Assembly: GCA_964399175.1 (NCBI GenBank)
Contig: CAYNPZ010000004.1
Coordinates: 1-49,337, forward strand
Source of the DNA: an uncultured Bacteroidales bacterium
Lineage (GTDB): Bacteria; Bacteroidota; Bacteroidia; Bacteroidales; UBA12077
Reading direction: 5' to 3'
Length of the DNA: 49,337 nt
Below, one piece after another: positions 47,522-49,337 of this stretch. Positions within the stretch are counted from its first letter, which is position 1. Every line of letters starts with the position of its first letter. The notes under the pieces were generated by a model that was given only the letters and a program-made list of their open reading frames with translations, made no database searches and had not been told where the DNA came from. Position numbers and translations under genes: made by a program.

Positions 47522-48906
47522 ACAAGATAAGCCTCATCGTCAAAAGAGAATATTTAACGAGGGTAAGAAAAAAATCTTTCATCGTCATGACCATCCTGGG
47601 CCCCCTTCTGTTCGGGGCCATTGTCATAGCACCTGCCTGGCTGGCGAATCTGGAAGACAGGGAAGTAAAGAAGATTGCCGTGATCGACAGTTCGAAGATA
47701 TTTGTGAACAATTTGCCTGAAACCGAATACATCAAATTTGAGTACCTGAAAAACACCAGCGTAGAGGAAATCAAAAAAGATTTCCCAAAAACCCATTATT
47801 ACGCCCTCTTATACATCACCCACCTGATTGCCAGCACCTCCAATTCAGTGATGATGTATTCCGACCAGCAACCTTCATTGTCGGTAAAAAGCCACATTTC
47901 AAGCGCCATTGAAAAGGAGATGGAACAGCAAAAGCTGCGGGCAGAGGGAATAGATGAAAACATCCTCAAAGCGGTAAGAACCAACGTCAACATACAAACC
48001 ATTCAATGGACCGAAAGTGGGGAAGAAAAGAAAAGCTCTACGGAGCTGGCAATGATTGTAGGCTATATCGGGGGCTTCCTTATTTACTTTTTCATCTTCC
48101 TTTTTGGCGCACAGGTCATGCGGGGTGTTATTGAAGAAAAAACCAACCGTATTGTGGAGATCATTGTCTCCTCGGTAAAGCCTTTCCAGCTGATGATGGG
48201 CAAAATCATCGGCATCGGACTGGTTGGGCTGACCCAGTTTGGTCTTTGGGTGATACTGACCTTGATCCTTGTTACCGGTGCCAAACCGCTCCTGGCTCCG
48301 CAGATGACCACACCGGCAGCTCAGGAGATCAATGCCCCGAGCATCATGAACAGCCAGAGCGCCGACCGAACCATGCCCTTTGAGAAAGCGGCAAGCCAAA
48401 ACGCCTCCGCAAACCAGCAGGGCAATGGAGGGGTTCTGGAGGGCTCGGGCGCCCAACACCTGTTTGAAGCCCTGGAAGACATCAATTTCGTCCTTATCAT
48501 CGGGGTATTCATCTTCTTCTTCCTGGGTGGTTACCTGCTTTACGGCTCTCTCTTCGCAGCCATCGGATCGGCTGTCGACAATGAAACCGACACCCAGCAG
48601 TTCATGCTGCCCATTACCATACCCTTAATACTGGCTATTATCGTGCTGGTACAGGGCATTTCAAATCCCCAGGGAGGTATCGCCTTCTGGTTCTCCATCA
48701 TTCCGTTCACCTCTCCCATCCTGATGATGGCCCGGCTACCGTTCGGTGTGCCGGAGTGGGAAGTAATTCTCTCCATGGCTTTGCTTGCCCTAACATTCAT
48801 GGGCACCACCTGGCTTTCGGGCAAGATCTACCGTACCGGTATCCTGATGTACGGGAAGAAGGTCAATTATAAAGAGCTGTGGAAATGGATCAGGTACAGG
48901 GTATAA
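47518..48906 (+). CDS. ABC-2 type permease (NatB-like)
   Basis: REYLTRVRKKSF, VMRGVIEEKTNRIVE, MMGKIIG, GYLLY, IYRTGILMYG; ATGA overlap with the ATPase gene. Confidence 0.93.
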   Translation: MNKISLIVKREYLTRVRKKSFIVMTILGPLLFGAIVIAPAWLANLEDREVKKIAVIDSSKIFVNNLPETEYIKFEYLKNTSVEEIKKDFPKTHYYALLYITHLIASTSNSVMMYSDQQPSLSVKSHISSAIEKEMEQQKLRAEGIDENILKAVRTNVNIQTIQWTESGEEKKSSTELAMIVGYIGGFLIYFFIFLFGAQVMRGVIEEKTNRIVEIIVSSVKPFQLMMGKIIGIGLVGLTQFGLWVILTLILVTGAKPLLAPQMTTPAAQEINAPSIMNSQSADRTMPFEKAASQNASANQQGNGGVLEGSGAQHLFEALEDINFVLIIGVFIFFFLGGYLLYGSLFAAIGSAVDNETDTQQFMLPITIPLILAIIVLVQGISNPQGGIAFWFSIIPFTSPILMMARLPFGVPEWEVILSMALLALTFMGTTWLSGKIYRTGILMYGKKVNYKELWKWIRYRV

Positions 48907-48914
48907 TGAACAAT

Positions 48915-49060
48915 GATTGAATGCCTGCCCGCCGGAACAGAGTGGAGGTGGGATTGAATGGAGGATGGCTGAGGTTGGTAGTTTAATATATATGGTCATT
49001 AATTGTCATTAAGTCGTCATTGGTTGTCATCCGTCAAAGCCGGACAAGTTTCATTTTCAT
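48915..49060. repeat. Microrepeat cluster with GC-rich inserts
   Basis: GATTGAATG at 48915-48923 and 48952-48960 flanking a GC-rich insert; GTCAT(T) x4 at 48995, 49005, 49016, 49026 followed by CCGTCAAAGCCGG. Confidence 0.65.
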
Positions 49061-49085
49061 TTATAATCATGGATTTCATTGTACG

Positions 49086-49246
49086 GTCAGGATGTAAAGC
49101 TCATACACCAATATGAAACATCGTGTTTTAGATCTTATACCCCGGACCTGACGCGGGTAACGCCCTCGTAGAGGGCCAACAGCGATAGCAACAATTACCC
49201 GCCGGTTAACCAGCGCCTCATTAGAGTGCGCGATAGATATACCCGT
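49086..49246. repeat. Structured GC-rich REP-like cluster
   Basis: GCGGGTAA...TTACCCGC stem enclosing GCCCTC-GTA-GAGGGC; second hairpin GCGCCTC-ATTA-GAGTGCGC; repeated GCGATAG...TACCCG. Confidence 0.5.
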
Positions 49247-49266
49247 CTCTGCTCCTGTGGCTATGG

Positions 49267-49337
49267 TTATAGGCTTAAAATGTCCTCCGGAAACAACAAC
49301 TCCCGAATCATCTCAAACAGCAAATTCAGGCATTTCT
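49267..49337 (-). CDS. Possible 3' end of a minus-strand gene running off the window
   Basis: Open frame ...KCLNLLFEMIRELLFPEDILSL* ending at TAA 49267-49269; too short to identify. Confidence 0.3.
   Translation of the reverse strand, partial: KCLNLLFEMIRELLFPEDILSL

Noticed and set aside
49120-49176. TPP riboswitch
   Set aside because: ATACCC..GACCTGA..GGnTAAnGCC..CGTAG is similar, but the GGGGTGC/CTGAGA 5' half is missing, P4/P5 pairings are broken, a competing perfect hairpin exists, and no downstream plus-strand gene is visible
49226-49260. Group II intron 5' end (GTGCG)
   Set aside because: Only a 5-nt match, lying inside a hairpin; no other intron features visible
49152-49275. Integron attC sites (GGGTAAC/GTTACCC, CTATAAC/GTTATAG cores)
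   Set aside because: Core-like ends are present, but there is no internal L-box symmetry, cassette array or integrase in the window

Overview
Core-genome-like window from a Bacteroidota chromosome, most likely Bacteroidales/Marinilabiliales. The evidence is TAnnTTTG -7 promoter boxes, A-rich start contexts, a T9SS C-terminal sorting domain and DUF5723/DUF6249-like proteins. There are about 42 intact CDS, mostly housekeeping (mutS2, gmhB, rlmB, TrmH-like, HU, RluA-like, panB, dnaK, xseA/xseB, fhs, glmM, trmO), plus transporters and two-component proteins. I found no CRISPR array, tRNA/rRNA, transposase, integrase or prophage, and no recognisable defence system. The interesting signals are small-scale. 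(1) Composite intergenic elements: two MITE-like elements with related AGAG(G/T)CTGT ends, and GC-rich palindromes sitting inside 7-11 bp tandem microrepeats. (2) Apparent deletion scars: a PP-loop tRNA-thiolase-like remnant in three reading frames that the ORF track misses, a truncated and frameshifted serine hydrolase, and a histidine kinase between xseA and xseB that seems to have lost its sensor domain in frame. (3) Twin divergent ECF promoters TGTAACCGG-N13-GCGTCATA. (4) Two sigma54-like promoters with upstream palindromes (dnaK, tolC). (5) A trypsin-like protein lacking its catalytic residues. (6) A structured repeat cluster at the window end. All family calls are by motif recognition; no database search was run.
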